Origin: Coriobacteriia bacterium
GTDB lineage: Bacteria; Actinomycetota; Coriobacteriia; Coriobacteriales; UBA8131
NCBI GenBank assembly: GCA_009776725.1
Contig: WRNE01000002.1
Location: 1 to 64,000 of the forward strand
Direction of reading: 5' to 3'
DNA length: 64,000 bases
Shown here: positions 36,800 through 46,191 of the stretch, in pieces
How positions within the stretch are numbered: the first letter of the stretch is position 1
Layout of the letters: the number at the start of each line of letters is the position of its first letter
Notes under the pieces: model-generated
Database searches by the model: none
What the model was told of the DNA's origin: nothing
Seen by the model: the letters and a program-made list of their open reading frames with translations, nothing else
Program-made: the position numbers and the translations under genes

Positions 36800-39262
36800 A
36801 TGCAGCTTAAAACATGGAAGAGGTTCCTCGCCTTTGCACTGGTCACAATTCTCTTCATATCAGCATCACCGGCCTATGCCGATGAGCCCATGCAAAATGA
36901 AAATGAAACACAAATCGAACAAAGCGTCCCTGACGATCAAGTATCAGACCCAACGCTGGGCGATGCTTTGGATGACGACGGTTCGACTGGCGTCTCAAGC
37001 GTCACAAACGATGACGCTGCTACTGAAGATGAGGCAGATGACAATGGGTACACGCTAGCCCCTTTGCTTGATGGTACGAGCGAAGAAGACGAGGCTTTTG
37101 ACGATGAAAGCCCAGTCCGACATCCCACGCCCATTGTCGAGGGACGATATGTCATTCGCTCCTCTCTTTCAGACACCCGTGTCATCGACATAACAGGCGG
37201 TAGCCTTATCTCCGAGGCCAATGTCCAGCTTTTCTCCTCAAATATGACTCCCGCCCAGCAATTTGACTTTTCTTATGACGACGAGGGCTTTTATACAATA
37301 AAGAATGTCAAGTCGGGCTGTGTCTTGGACGTTTGTGGAGGCCAAGCAGTTGCTGGCACGAACGTCTGGCAGTACCGGCCCAACGGTACCCCTGCCCAGA
37401 AGTGGATTGCCACCGACCTGGGCAACGGTACCTACCGTTTTACCAGCGCCTTGTCGGACAGCTTGGTCCTAGATGTCACAGGGGGCCAAGACGCCGACCA
37501 TGCCAACATCTGGATCTGGAACCTAAACAACACGAAGGCCCAAGCCTTTTACCTGGTCTCTCTAGCCCCCAAAGCTCCCTCCGAACGGACAATAGCCGAT
37601 GGGCGCTATATCATCTATTCCAGCCTAAACTCTTCCTTGGTAATCGATGTTCCCGGGTCTAGCTGGGACTATGGCATGCAGATGCAGCTCTGGAATGCCA
37701 ACGGGACGATCGCCCAGATCTTCGATATCCGTTACCAGACAAACGGGTACTACGTCATACGGTCGCTGAACTCCGGTCTTGCCCTTGACGTCAGCTTTAA
37801 CAATGTAGTTGCCAGCTCGAAGCTGCACCAATGGGATTTCAATAATTCCGATGCACAGCATTGGGCGATACAGCAAAACGCTGACGGCTCGTTCACCTTT
37901 TTGTCGAAGACCGGCCGCTTGGCTCTAGATGTCTGTGGGGGCAACTCGAATGCAGGCGCAGGCATTTGGATGTGGTATCCCAACCAAACCCCTGCCCAGA
38001 AGTTCATCTTAAAGCCACTTAGCGCAGATGCTTTAAAGGAAGGCATCTATAACATCGTACCGATGATGGCCAGGGGGAAATGCATCGATATCGCCGGGGG
38101 CTCCACGAGCAGCGGAGCCAATGCCCAGGCTTTTGCCAATAACGGCACCCTTGCCCAAAAGTTCCAGATATACCGCATCGAGGACAGTGTCTATAGCATC
38201 CAGTCTATAGTGTCTGGTCATTACCTCACCGCAGGTGGAGGCAATGTCTACCAGTCGGCATTAGCAGCAAACACCCTGACTGCAAACCAAAAATGGACAG
38301 CACAATGGGTGTTTGGCGGCTTTTCTTTAATCAATGTCGGCACCAACCAGGCCATGACTGTAACAGCTGGCGGGATGGATGGCCATGACATAAGGCTTGC
38401 TGCTTTCAGCGGCTTTGAGAACCAAGCTTTTCGACTATTCGATACTCCCCCGCTGGCTATGGGCACCTATGTCGTTTCAGCCTACAGCGGCAAGGTAATA
38501 GACAGTACAGGGGGAATGGTCAGCCCAGGCACGAACACCCAGCTCTGGGTGCCAAACGGCACACCTGCCCAGAAATGGCAGTTGACAGCAGGCACAGGCG
38601 AGTATTTCTCCATACGCTGTGTACGTTCCCTACGTGCGCTTGGTATAGAAGGCAATGCCCGGTACAACGGTGCAAACGTCCAGCTCATGGACTACAACGG
38701 CTCGGACGGGCAGCTTTGGCGGGCTGTGCCAAGCGGTGACGGATGGTTTTATATCCAATCCAAGACCGGCCTGTACCTCTCCGGGACCGGGGCTGCCGAC
38801 TATGATGGCTCCAATGTCATGGTTGTCACAGCCAATAACACGAATGCCCAGAAGTTCCGTTTTGCACCAACCAGCTATACCGGGCCTACTGGCACATATA
38901 TCGACGTCAACCTGACAACACAAAGGATGTACTATGTAAGGGACGGAGTAATCCTACTTGAGTCCAACGTCGTAACAGGCCGAGTATCAGCTGGCTGGTA
39001 TACGCCTACAGGGACTTTTTACATCATGTCCAAGGCTAGCCCGGCTGTCCTGATTGGGCCTTCTTGGTATACTCCGGTAACCTACTGGATGCAGGTTACC
39101 CCTGGTGGGGTCGGTTTTCACGATGCCAATTGGCAGCCGACATTCGGAGGTAATTGGTATTACTACAACGGCTCGCGCGGCTGTATAAACCTGCCCTATT
39201 GGGCTGCTGCTGAACTGTACCGGCTGGTGAGTGTAGGAACTACTGTATACATCCATTATTAG
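36800..39262 (+). CDS. Secreted L,D-transpeptidase (YkuD domain) preceded by four ricin-B (CBM13) lectin beta-trefoils.
   Basis: A signal peptide and acidic linker lead into 12 QxW repeats (AQQFDF, AQKWIA, AQAFYL, AQIFDI, AQHWAI, AQKFIL, AQKFQI, NQKWTA, NQAFRL, AQKWQL, GQLWRA, AQKFRF). The C-terminal LDT motif is GFHDANWQ...GSRGCINL. Confidence 0.8.
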   Translation: MQLKTWKRFLAFALVTILFISASPAYADEPMQNENETQIEQSVPDDQVSDPTLGDALDDDGSTGVSSVTNDDAATEDEADDNGYTLAPLLDGTSEEDEAFDDESPVRHPTPIVEGRYVIRSSLSDTRVIDITGGSLISEANVQLFSSNMTPAQQFDFSYDDEGFYTIKNVKSGCVLDVCGGQAVAGTNVWQYRPNGTPAQKWIATDLGNGTYRFTSALSDSLVLDVTGGQDADHANIWIWNLNNTKAQAFYLVSLAPKAPSERTIADGRYIIYSSLNSSLVIDVPGSSWDYGMQMQLWNANGTIAQIFDIRYQTNGYYVIRSLNSGLALDVSFNNVVASSKLHQWDFNNSDAQHWAIQQNADGSFTFLSKTGRLALDVCGGNSNAGAGIWMWYPNQTPAQKFILKPLSADALKEGIYNIVPMMARGKCIDIAGGSTSSGANAQAFANNGTLAQKFQIYRIEDSVYSIQSIVSGHYLTAGGGNVYQSALAANTLTANQKWTAQWVFGGFSLINVGTNQAMTVTAGGMDGHDIRLAAFSGFENQAFRLFDTPPLAMGTYVVSAYSGKVIDSTGGMVSPGTNTQLWVPNGTPAQKWQLTAGTGEYFSIRCVRSLRALGIEGNARYNGANVQLMDYNGSDGQLWRAVPSGDGWFYIQSKTGLYLSGTGAADYDGSNVMVVTANNTNAQKFRFAPTSYTGPTGTYIDVNLTTQRMYYVRDGVILLESNVVTGRVSAGWYTPTGTFYIMSKASPAVLIGPSWYTPVTYWMQVTPGGVGFHDANWQPTFGGNWYYYNGSRGCINLPYWAAAELYRLVSVGTTVYIHY

Positions 39263-39373
39263 GAAGTTTTGCTGGCAGGCCAGTCTTTTGTGCTTGGCCT
39301 GCCTAAGCTAATCCTGGGCCGATGTTTGCATTTGGCTGGACAGCCGAGCTAGACGGCTATACGCCGGTAAGTA

Positions 39374-39706
39374 TCATTCTTGGGGCGATAACAGCTGGCC
39401 GACAAATAGGATAATCTCAGTATCCTGGGCTAGTTTCTCCCTCTTCATAGCGAAGACATCCTCCCCGCTTGGCAGCTTGGCGGTAAGGACCGTATCGCCT
39501 GAAAGCTGGATGCCGAGCCTTCCTTTTGTTGTAGCTTGAAGTTCTCCGTCCACATATAACTCGAAATTCCCTAAAGTGGGCTTGAGCTCTATCTTGTACT
39601 CTCCATATTGGTACGTCCATGCCTTAGTTTCCATCCCAGCGTCCATATTCATACCTCCTGTTGTGTATTTATGCATGACAAACTGTATTCTGCTAGAAGT
39701 CGGCAT
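39374..39706 (-). CDS. Small hypothetical protein.
   Basis: The ORF's likely start is the ATG at 39646 (MDAGMETK...), which is preceded by AGGAGGT. No recognisable motif was found. Confidence 0.4.
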   Translation of the reverse strand: MPTSSRIQFVMHKYTTGGMNMDAGMETKAWTYQYGEYKIELKPTLGNFELYVDGELQATTKGRLGIQLSGDTVLTAKLPSGEDVFAMKREKLAQDTEIILFVGQLLSPQE

Positions 39707-39847
39707 AAATTGCTAAACCCTGTTTTGACTATATTAAGCCAAGCCGTAAAACCGCTCAACAAACATTAGATGAGGATGCCAGCAAAGCCTGACTGTGACC
39801 GGAGGGCCAAGGGTCTAGACACAGGGCATGTCCCCCTGTCTACCAGC

Positions 39848-42433
39848 CTAGATTTCGCTTTTCAGCACGTCTACGGTATTCTCCCCATTTAATTTAGCCA
39901 GGGAGTAAAGCATGGTGACGAAGACGACTGTGAACACGCCGGCGATGCTGATGGCGATGCTCATCCAGGGCAGCGTAAAGGCGACATCCTCGACGGACAG
40001 CACCGCCAGGTAGAGCCGGTAGGCGACCAGGGCGGCGACCGGCAGGCCGTATAGCAAGGCCTTGCAGCCGTAGAAGACGCACTCGTAGCCCATCATGCGG
40101 CTGAGCCCCCGGTTGGTCATGCCCACCGACTTGAGCATGGCGATCTCGCGCCGACGCAGGATGATGCTGGTGGAGATGGTGTTAAAGACACTGGCCACCG
40201 TGATCAGCGACATCATGATCACGAAACCGTAGGTAAAGACGTTGACCACCAAGATCAAGTCGCGGTTGCGAGCCTGCTCCTCGGCGATGTTTTTCAGCGA
40301 GTAGCCGGTCTGTAGGTTGGACTCGCGCAGGATGGCGGTCATGGAGCTGCCCGTTTGGATGGCATCGGTGGATAGAAAGAGCATCGATATACCGGTCATT
40401 GTATCTGTATCGCCAAGCATCAAGTCCCGTTCCGAGTAGGGAGCGTAGACCACCAGGTTGTCGTAACGCATCGCACTTAACATCTGCGGCGGATCGTCGA
40501 CGATCTGTAGCTCTGCATGCCGCGGCTCGTCCGTCCAGCTCTCTGGTGCCCATCCGGTCGCGAAGTCCAGCTCGACTGACCGGCCTTTGAACATGTCATA
40601 GGCGGTGCCTGTCGGATCGTCTGAGCCAAACCAAGTGAACTGGGCGGTTGCTATCAGACGTCCGCTAGCCAGGCTGTATTCATCTGGGGATAAACCCAAG
40701 CCCTCCAAATAGCTGTTGTAGGTGTCCTCGTCCACAAAACAAAGGGTCAGGTATAAAGGAAACTCTCCGTCCGCTGCGGAGTCGGCTGACCAGGCATCGA
40801 CGAAGCGGGGGTTTAACAGGTTAGAATCAACATAGGCCGAGCAGGCCTGGCTGGTCATAAAGACGCTGTCATAGACCCCCTCGGTACCCGCCAGCTGGCC
40901 ATATAGGCCATACACCTCAGCGTCGCTTTGCCTGTAAGTCGACGGCAGGACCGTTAAGGCGATGTCGTAGTCCTGGTAGTAAGGCACCAGATCGGCTGTC
41001 TTTTGCAGGTAGAGGCCGAAGGAGGAGGCGGAGACGAAGAGCACCACGCTCGTCGCTAACGAGACAACAGTGCTGCGGTAGCGGCGGCGGTTGCGCCGGA
41101 AGTTCTTGATGGCTAGCGTGCCTTCCAGTTTGAAGAGCTGCTCAGCCAGCCTGGATGTCTTGACCCGGCGGGCTTTGATCTGCAGATCCTCGGTCTGGCG
41201 GATGATCTCGATCACCGACTTGGCTATAGCCCGCCGCGCCGGGATGTAGGCGGAGACTAGGATCGTGGCCATGCCGACCATTGCCGCCACCAACAGCGCA
41301 GCGGGTTGGATCGAGAGCGATAGTGGCAGATCGCTTCGGGTGAGATAGCTGAAGATACCGCCGATGTAGCGCAGCGTCAGCCCGATGCCCACTAGACCGA
41401 GCCCGATGCCGGCAGGAATGCCGATCAGGCCAATACAGGCACCTTCGAACAGCACCGATCGGCGCAGCTGGGTTTTAGTGGCGCCGACCGAGGCTAGCAG
41501 GCCGAACTGGCGTGACCGCTCGCTTAGGGATATGGCGAAGGCATTATGGATCAGCAGCACAGAGCCGACCATGATCAGGGCGATCAGTGTCCCGCCCATT
41601 CCGTAGAGCAGCGTATTGAAGCTGTCGCTGTCTGAGAACCCCAGGTAGCGCAGCAGTTCGCGGTTGATCATATAGTTATTAGGGCTGGCGGCAGACTGGG
41701 CGTAGTCATAGACAGACCGGGGATGGCTCAAGGTGATATATACATCAAAGACTGTGCTAGCAGTAGCCGGGCTATCGGCTATTGTGATAGCTGTATAACC
41801 CGGAGCATTGAGAGGCTCAAACCCTGGCCGCCGGTAGATGCCGACCACTGTATATGTCCGGCTGTCGGTTACTGTGAGGCTCTCCGCCAGGTAAGGCTCG
41901 TAGTTGCCGGACATGAACTCCATCGCCTGGCCGACCCGCTCACCGTCGTATTCCCGGTAGCCGAGATCCAATGTCAGGCGGTCGCCGACGTCGTACTTCA
42001 CGCCTCCGTTGGTAAACAGGGGCTCCGGGATAATCAGCTCGGAGCTATTTATGGGGAGACGCCCTTCGACCACCCTGACTGGAAGGTTGTCGAAGGCAGC
42101 CTCGTCAAAGCCTGCCACATAGAGATAGGGCTTCATCCGGTTCGCGCTCATATCCAGCGGGGCGTAGCCGACACTTTGGACAAGCACGGTGCTTTCCACC
42201 TGGCTGTCCGCTGACAGGTCATCGAGATAGGTCTTATCCACATTAGTGATTGCCAGATGCCAGCTGCCGGCCTGCTCGATCTCGCCTTGGATCAGGTATT
42301 GCTGAAGGGAGGCGACCGAGCTGGCCACGGCGGTGACCAGGGCGACTGACAGCATCACGCCGATGATGGTGACGATGGTGCGGACGCGGTTTAGGTGTAG
42401 GTTGGCTAAGGTAGCCTTGTAGATGACATTCAT
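39848..42433 (-). CDS. ABC transporter permease with two FtsX domains (8-TM, two large extracytoplasmic domains; MacB-type fused dimer).
   Basis: Each half consists of a TM helix, an extracytoplasmic domain of about 230 aa and 3 FtsX-like TM helices. It overlaps the upstream ATPase gene by 4 nt. Confidence 0.8.
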   Translation of the reverse strand: MNVIYKATLANLHLNRVRTIVTIIGVMLSVALVTAVASSVASLQQYLIQGEIEQAGSWHLAITNVDKTYLDDLSADSQVESTVLVQSVGYAPLDMSANRMKPYLYVAGFDEAAFDNLPVRVVEGRLPINSSELIIPEPLFTNGGVKYDVGDRLTLDLGYREYDGERVGQAMEFMSGNYEPYLAESLTVTDSRTYTVVGIYRRPGFEPLNAPGYTAITIADSPATASTVFDVYITLSHPRSVYDYAQSAASPNNYMINRELLRYLGFSDSDSFNTLLYGMGGTLIALIMVGSVLLIHNAFAISLSERSRQFGLLASVGATKTQLRRSVLFEGACIGLIGIPAGIGLGLVGIGLTLRYIGGIFSYLTRSDLPLSLSIQPAALLVAAMVGMATILVSAYIPARRAIAKSVIEIIRQTEDLQIKARRVKTSRLAEQLFKLEGTLAIKNFRRNRRRYRSTVVSLATSVVLFVSASSFGLYLQKTADLVPYYQDYDIALTVLPSTYRQSDAEVYGLYGQLAGTEGVYDSVFMTSQACSAYVDSNLLNPRFVDAWSADSAADGEFPLYLTLCFVDEDTYNSYLEGLGLSPDEYSLASGRLIATAQFTWFGSDDPTGTAYDMFKGRSVELDFATGWAPESWTDEPRHAELQIVDDPPQMLSAMRYDNLVVYAPYSERDLMLGDTDTMTGISMLFLSTDAIQTGSSMTAILRESNLQTGYSLKNIAEEQARNRDLILVVNVFTYGFVIMMSLITVASVFNTISTSIILRRREIAMLKSVGMTNRGLSRMMGYECVFYGCKALLYGLPVAALVAYRLYLAVLSVEDVAFTLPWMSIAISIAGVFTVVFVTMLYSLAKLNGENTVDVLKSEI

Positions 42434-43113
42434 CGCCGTACCGCCTGGTCGGAGGTGATGCGTCCGTCTTCGATTTGGATGATGCGGTTGGCTTGCAGGG
42501 CGATGCCTTCGTCGTGGGTGATGACGATCAGTGTCTGCTGGTACTTTTTGTTGGAGAGCTTTAGTAGCTCGACGATCTGTTGGCTGTTCTTGCTGTCCAG
42601 GTTGCCGGTCGGCTCGTCGGCCAACACGATAGCCGGGGCGTTCATCAGCGCCCGGCCGATGGAGACCCGCTGCTGTTGGCCGCCGGAGAGCTGGTTTGGC
42701 AAGTGGTTCTGGCGGTCTTGGAGACCTAGCGTCTCTAGTAGGTCGTTTAGGCGTTCCTGGTTAGGCTGCCAACCGTCCAGCAGCACCGGCAAGGTGATGT
42801 TCTCTGTCACAGTAAGCACTGGGATCAGATTGTAGAACTGGTAGATCAAACCCACCTGGCGGCGGCGGAAGATAGCCAGCTGGTCGGCATTTTGGGCGTA
42901 GACGTCCTGGCTGTCGACAAAGACCTTGCCGGCAGTGGGGCTGTCCACTCCGCCGATGATGTGCAGCAGGGTGGACTTGCCCGAGCCGGAAGGCCCGGTG
43001 ATGGCGACGAACTCGCCCTTATCCACGGTAAATGAGACACTGTCCAGCGCCTTCGCCGCGCCCTCGCCCTTGCCGTAGGTCTTGCTTAGGTTTTCGATCC
43101 TTAGAATTTCCAC
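42430..43113 (-). CDS. ABC transporter ATP-binding protein (MacB/BceA-type).
   Basis: It has Walker A (GPSGSGKST), the signature motif (LSGGQQQRVSIGRAL) and Walker B (VLADEPTGNLD). The probable start is GTG at 43113 (VEILRIENLSKTYG), preceded by GAGG. The track ORF extends to 43203. Confidence 0.85.
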   Translation of the reverse strand: MEILRIENLSKTYGKGEGAAKALDSVSFTVDKGEFVAITGPSGSGKSTLLHIIGGVDSPTAGKVFVDSQDVYAQNADQLAIFRRRQVGLIYQFYNLIPVLTVTENITLPVLLDGWQPNQERLNDLLETLGLQDRQNHLPNQLSGGQQQRVSIGRALMNAPAIVLADEPTGNLDSKNSQQIVELLKLSNKKYQQTLIVITHDEGIALQANRIIQIEDGRITSDQAVRR

Positions 43114-43416
43114 GCACTGCCTCGTCTCCTCGGAATGGTAGTCATGCCTATTCTGATGGTTCTCGGTGACAAGGCAGTGACTGGAAAATAAGCAAAACGT
43201 CACTTTGGGGTGTAGTTGTGATACTGGGGGACAGCGAGGACGGTACGAAATGGGGCAATTCGGACCGTACCCCTTTGTCCTATGTAAATCCTACCGCCAC
43301 CTGGGCTTACCCCAACAATGCTGCGGCGTTATCGAGGATGGGTGGCGGCTGCGCCGCCATAGCCCCGCGCACAAAAGTGCCATTGTGACATGCATCAACC
43401 TTGTTTTAAAAAACGT

Positions 43417-43455
43417 CGTGCTCCGCACGGCAACGCAACCGCACGACTGTCTCAG
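43417..43455 (-). terminator. Minus-strand intrinsic terminator.
   Basis: On the minus strand the sequence reads AGUCGUGC-GGUUGCGUUGCCGUGCGGA-GCACGACG followed by UUUUUUAAAAC. Confidence 0.55.
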
Positions 43456-43556
43456 ACTTAATGCAACGCCTTTGTATTACCGATAGGAATCAAGGCTTAG
43501 CATGCAGATAACTAAACCTCAGCTCAGTAGAGCAAAACATCTGTTAAACTTTTACA

Positions 43557-43655
43557 CGCCAAACGTACATCAGTTCCTTTGAAGGAGCTAGCACAATTCT
43601 CATGCTGAAGGGCATCTGCCCAACAAGGGAATTGTGTGCTCTTGTACGTTTGGCG
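43557..43655. other. A long-range 13-bp inverted repeat (cgccaaacgtaca ... tgtacgtttggcg) encloses about 73 nt containing nested hairpins, so this is a candidate structured RNA or DNA element.
   Basis: The outer 13-bp stem is perfect. Inner partial palindromes are present (agcacaattc/gaattgtgtgct, gggca-tct-gccc, ttcctt-tg-aaggag). A further copy of gccaaacgt lies at about 43697. Confidence 0.4.
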
Positions 43656-43828
43656 ACGCGGGTGGGTGCCCTTCATCCTTGTGATGAAATCAGTTGCCAA
43701 ACGTTTAATTTCATCCCTCCGCATATTCTTTAAGGTTTCCTATCAGTTAAGCATTTGGTAGGTAACACATAGGAGTTACTCATTAACCAGGTTCCATAAC
43801 TGGTTCATATTGAGGGGAGGTGATAAAT

Positions 43829-43981
43829 ATGGCTTCAAAGAGTGTATACTTAGCTGCTATTGCTCGAGTAAGAGCAGGTACTGCTTACCAATGAGATTAC
43901 GAACTATTCCAGGTTGCAGCTAACCGAGCAGCTACTCTTGGTGAAAAAGCACATGATGCAATGAAAAATGCAGGTAGTTAA
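43829..43981 (+). CDS. Small ORF with a strong RBS. It encodes a 21-codon peptide (MASKSVYLAAIARVRAGTAYQ) ending at TGA 43892-43894. The same frame stays open for 28 more codons to the TAA at 43979 (…DYELFQVAANRAATLGEKAHDAMKNAGS).
   Basis: GGGGAGGTG lies 8 nt before the ATG. Ala-rich, protein-like sequence continues in frame after the TGA. The ORF sits inside a locally AT-rich insert. Confidence 0.3.
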
Positions 43982-44046
43982 TTTGTACATGCTTGGAAAT
44001 ATCCATGTTTGTCCAATGAGCAATAAAGAGCATAAAGGAGGGAACA

Positions 44047-44325
44047 ATGGCTCTAAGTGAAAATCAAAAAGCTGAAATTAAGCAACAAATCGCTGTTTAT
44101 CAAAAAGAAATTGATAATGTTACCCAAGCTATTGAAATAATGGAAAATGATTTATATCGAATTAATCAAAGTAGGTCGGAAATTGGAGGACCTGGTGCAC
44201 AAGCTCAACATGCGAGAATAAGTGCGCAGGAACAGCAAGTCCTGAATCAAAGAAATCAAATTGCATCAAGGTTACCCCAGTTGAGTTTTGAACTTGAGCG
44301 TTTGAAAGCTATGCTCAATTCTTAA
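44047..44325 (+). CDS. Small coiled-coil protein (92 aa) of unknown function.
   Basis: A strong RBS (AAAGGAGGG) lies 5 nt before the ATG. The sequence has Q/E/K-rich heptad-like periodicity and sits in the AT-rich insert. Confidence 0.5.
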   Translation: MALSENQKAEIKQQIAVYQKEIDNVTQAIEIMENDLYRINQSRSEIGGPGAQAQHARISAQEQQVLNQRNQIASRLPQLSFELERLKAMLNS

Positions 44326-44398
44326 TAATAGAGTTAAACGACTTTTCACCATATCGATTTATCACCGACTAATTACGCGGCTTTATCTTCCTCACGGA

Positions 44399-44457
44399 AC
44401 AGGGAGACGATCTGTTTTGTCTTCCTGTCCCAAGAGGAAAAACAGATCGTCCCCCTG
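44399..44457. terminator. Long imperfect hairpin between convergent genes, a candidate bidirectional terminator.
   Basis: The arms cagggagacgatctgtttt / aaaacagatcgtccccctg pair at 18 of 19 positions. The hairpin lies just after the + strand 92-aa ORF stop and the minus-strand histidine kinase stop. Confidence 0.5.
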
Positions 44458-44489
44458 TTTGGTGCGCCTTATCACCTGACAGCACACAG

Positions 44490-45497
44490 CTAGAGCGTCT
44501 GTTGGCGATAGAGCTTGATGGTGAAGCGGGCTCCTTGTGGGATGTTGTTTTGCGCTTGGATGGTGCCGTTCTGTTCGCTTAAGATCATACGGCTGAGCGC
44601 CAACCCGACCCCGAAGTTGCCGTTATCGGCTCCGCTGCCCCGATAAAAGCGCTCGAAGACATGCGGCAGGTCGGCCTCGCTGATGCCGCTGCCGCTGTCG
44701 CTGATGACGATCTGGCTGAAGACGGTGTTTTCTGAGGCCTCGATCCTGATCGCAGACCCGTAGCTAGAGTGCTCGATGCAGTTCTTCACGACGTTGCTGA
44801 TCGCTTCCGCCGTCCAAGCCGGGTCGCAGCGGACGCTGCCGCTGACCTCGGCTTCAATCTCGATGTCATGCAGCTCCAAGTTTATAGCAAAAGGCTGCAG
44901 GGCTTTCTCGATCAGGCTGGCTAGTGAGATGTCCTGCTGCACGAAAACCGCAGTGCCGGCATCGATGCGGGAGATCTTCAACAACGCCGTGACCAGCCAA
45001 TCGACATGGGCGAGCAGCGTCTCCTGCTCGCGCAGCAACTCTTGGCTGCGGGCACCTTCGGCTCCTGCCTGAGCCAACAGGGTGGTCAGGATGCCAATCG
45101 AGCTGATAGGCGTGCGTATCTGATGGGCGATATCGGCAATCGAATCGGAAAGATAAAGCTTGTCTCGCCGGAGGCTGTCAGCCTGCTCCCGTAGCTTGAC
45201 GGTCATCTTCTGGATCTCGGTGGCGAGGATGGAAAGCTCGCCTTCGTCCAAGTCTTCGATCTGCAACGAATCATTGCCGTGCAGGATCTGGTCGATCTGT
45301 ACCGAAAGCGCCGCCAGACGGCGGTAACGGCGGCGAGTGAACAGCATGAATATCAGGATAAGGGCAGTCGAGGTGGTTGCGACCAGGATGCCGGCAGCTA
45401 AGCTCATGGCAAAACCTTTAAAGGCAGCGGCAGCAGCCAGCAGCAGCAGCAGGACCAGGAGGTTCCTGACCTCTTTGTTGCGCATCAGGCTGCGCAA
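44490..45497 (-). CDS. Intramembrane-sensing histidine kinase (BceS-like).
   Basis: Two N-terminal TM helices are separated by a loop of about 4 residues. The H-box is IADIAHQIRTPISS and a C-terminal HATPase domain follows (GVGLALSRMI). The protein is 335 aa, the same size class as BceS. Confidence 0.8.
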   Translation of the reverse strand: MRSLMRNKEVRNLLVLLLLLAAAAAFKGFAMSLAAGILVATTSTALILIFMLFTRRRYRRLAALSVQIDQILHGNDSLQIEDLDEGELSILATEIQKMTVKLREQADSLRRDKLYLSDSIADIAHQIRTPISSIGILTTLLAQAGAEGARSQELLREQETLLAHVDWLVTALLKISRIDAGTAVFVQQDISLASLIEKALQPFAINLELHDIEIEAEVSGSVRCDPAWTAEAISNVVKNCIEHSSYGSAIRIEASENTVFSQIVISDSGSGISEADLPHVFERFYRGSGADNGNFGVGLALSRMILSEQNGTIQAQNNIPQGARFTIKLYRQQTL

Positions 45498-45510
45498 GGC
45501 ATTATCCCCA

Positions 45511-46191
45511 TCAACCGTCCACCCGATAACCCAGACCGCGCACCGTCTTGATGATGCCGGGGTTTTGTGGATCGTCCTCGATCTTCTCGCGCAGGCGCTT
45601 GATGTAGACGGTCAGGGTGTTGTCGTTGACATACTCGCCGGCGATGTCCCAGATGGCATTCAGCAGTCGGTCGCGGGTCAGCACGGTGCCGCGGTTGTTG
45701 ACGAAGACCAGGAGGATCTTGTACTCCAAGGCGGAGAGGTAGACTTCACGCTGACCCTTGTGCACCGTCGCGCGCACGGTGTCGATGCGCAAGTCGCCGA
45801 CTGTGAAGACGGATTGCAGCTTGCCGCTGCGCCTGAGCGCTGCCTTGATGCGGGATAGCAGCTCCATCGGGCGGAAGGGCTTGACGATATAATCGTCCGC
45901 GCCCAGGTCGAGCCCGGTGACCACGCTGGCCTCGTCGTCGGAGGCGGTAAGGAAGATGACGGGCGTCTCGGCCTGGCGTTTGGCCGCCGTGCAGATCGAG
46001 TATCCGCTGCCGTCGGGCAAGGCGATATCGGCCAGCACCAGGTCGAAGCCCTCGTTGGCAATGGCGTCCAACGCGGCTTTCAGATTAGTGGCCAGGGTCG
46101 TTTGGTATCCGTCTGCTTCCAGCAGCTCTTTTAGGTTCTTGGCTAGGCTAGGGTCGTCTTCAACCAGCAGGATGTGTTGCATGGGGCTCAA
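45511..46191 (-). CDS. OmpR-family response regulator (BceR-like).
   Basis: The receiver domain has the phospho-Asp context LVLADIALPDGSG. The C-terminal winged-helix domain contains TVRGLGYRV. Confidence 0.85.
   Translation of the reverse strand: MSPMQHILLVEDDPSLAKNLKELLEADGYQTTLATNLKAALDAIANEGFDLVLADIALPDGSGYSICTAAKRQAETPVIFLTASDDEASVVTGLDLGADDYIVKPFRPMELLSRIKAALRRSGKLQSVFTVGDLRIDTVRATVHKGQREVYLSALEYKILLVFVNNRGTVLTRDRLLNAIWDIAGEYVNDNTLTVYIKRLREKIEDDPQNPGIIKTVRGLGYRVDG

Noticed and set aside
43205-43486. The + strand 93-aa ORF upstream of the ABC ATPase gene.
   Set aside because: It has no RBS and a Cys/Arg-rich implausible product. The region is better explained as the ABC operon 5' UTR plus a minus-strand terminator.
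43524-43724. The minus-strand 66-aa ORF.
   Set aside because: It overlaps the nested-hairpin structured element and has no Shine-Dalgarno sequence. It is kept as a structured-RNA candidate rather than a CDS, with low certainty either way.
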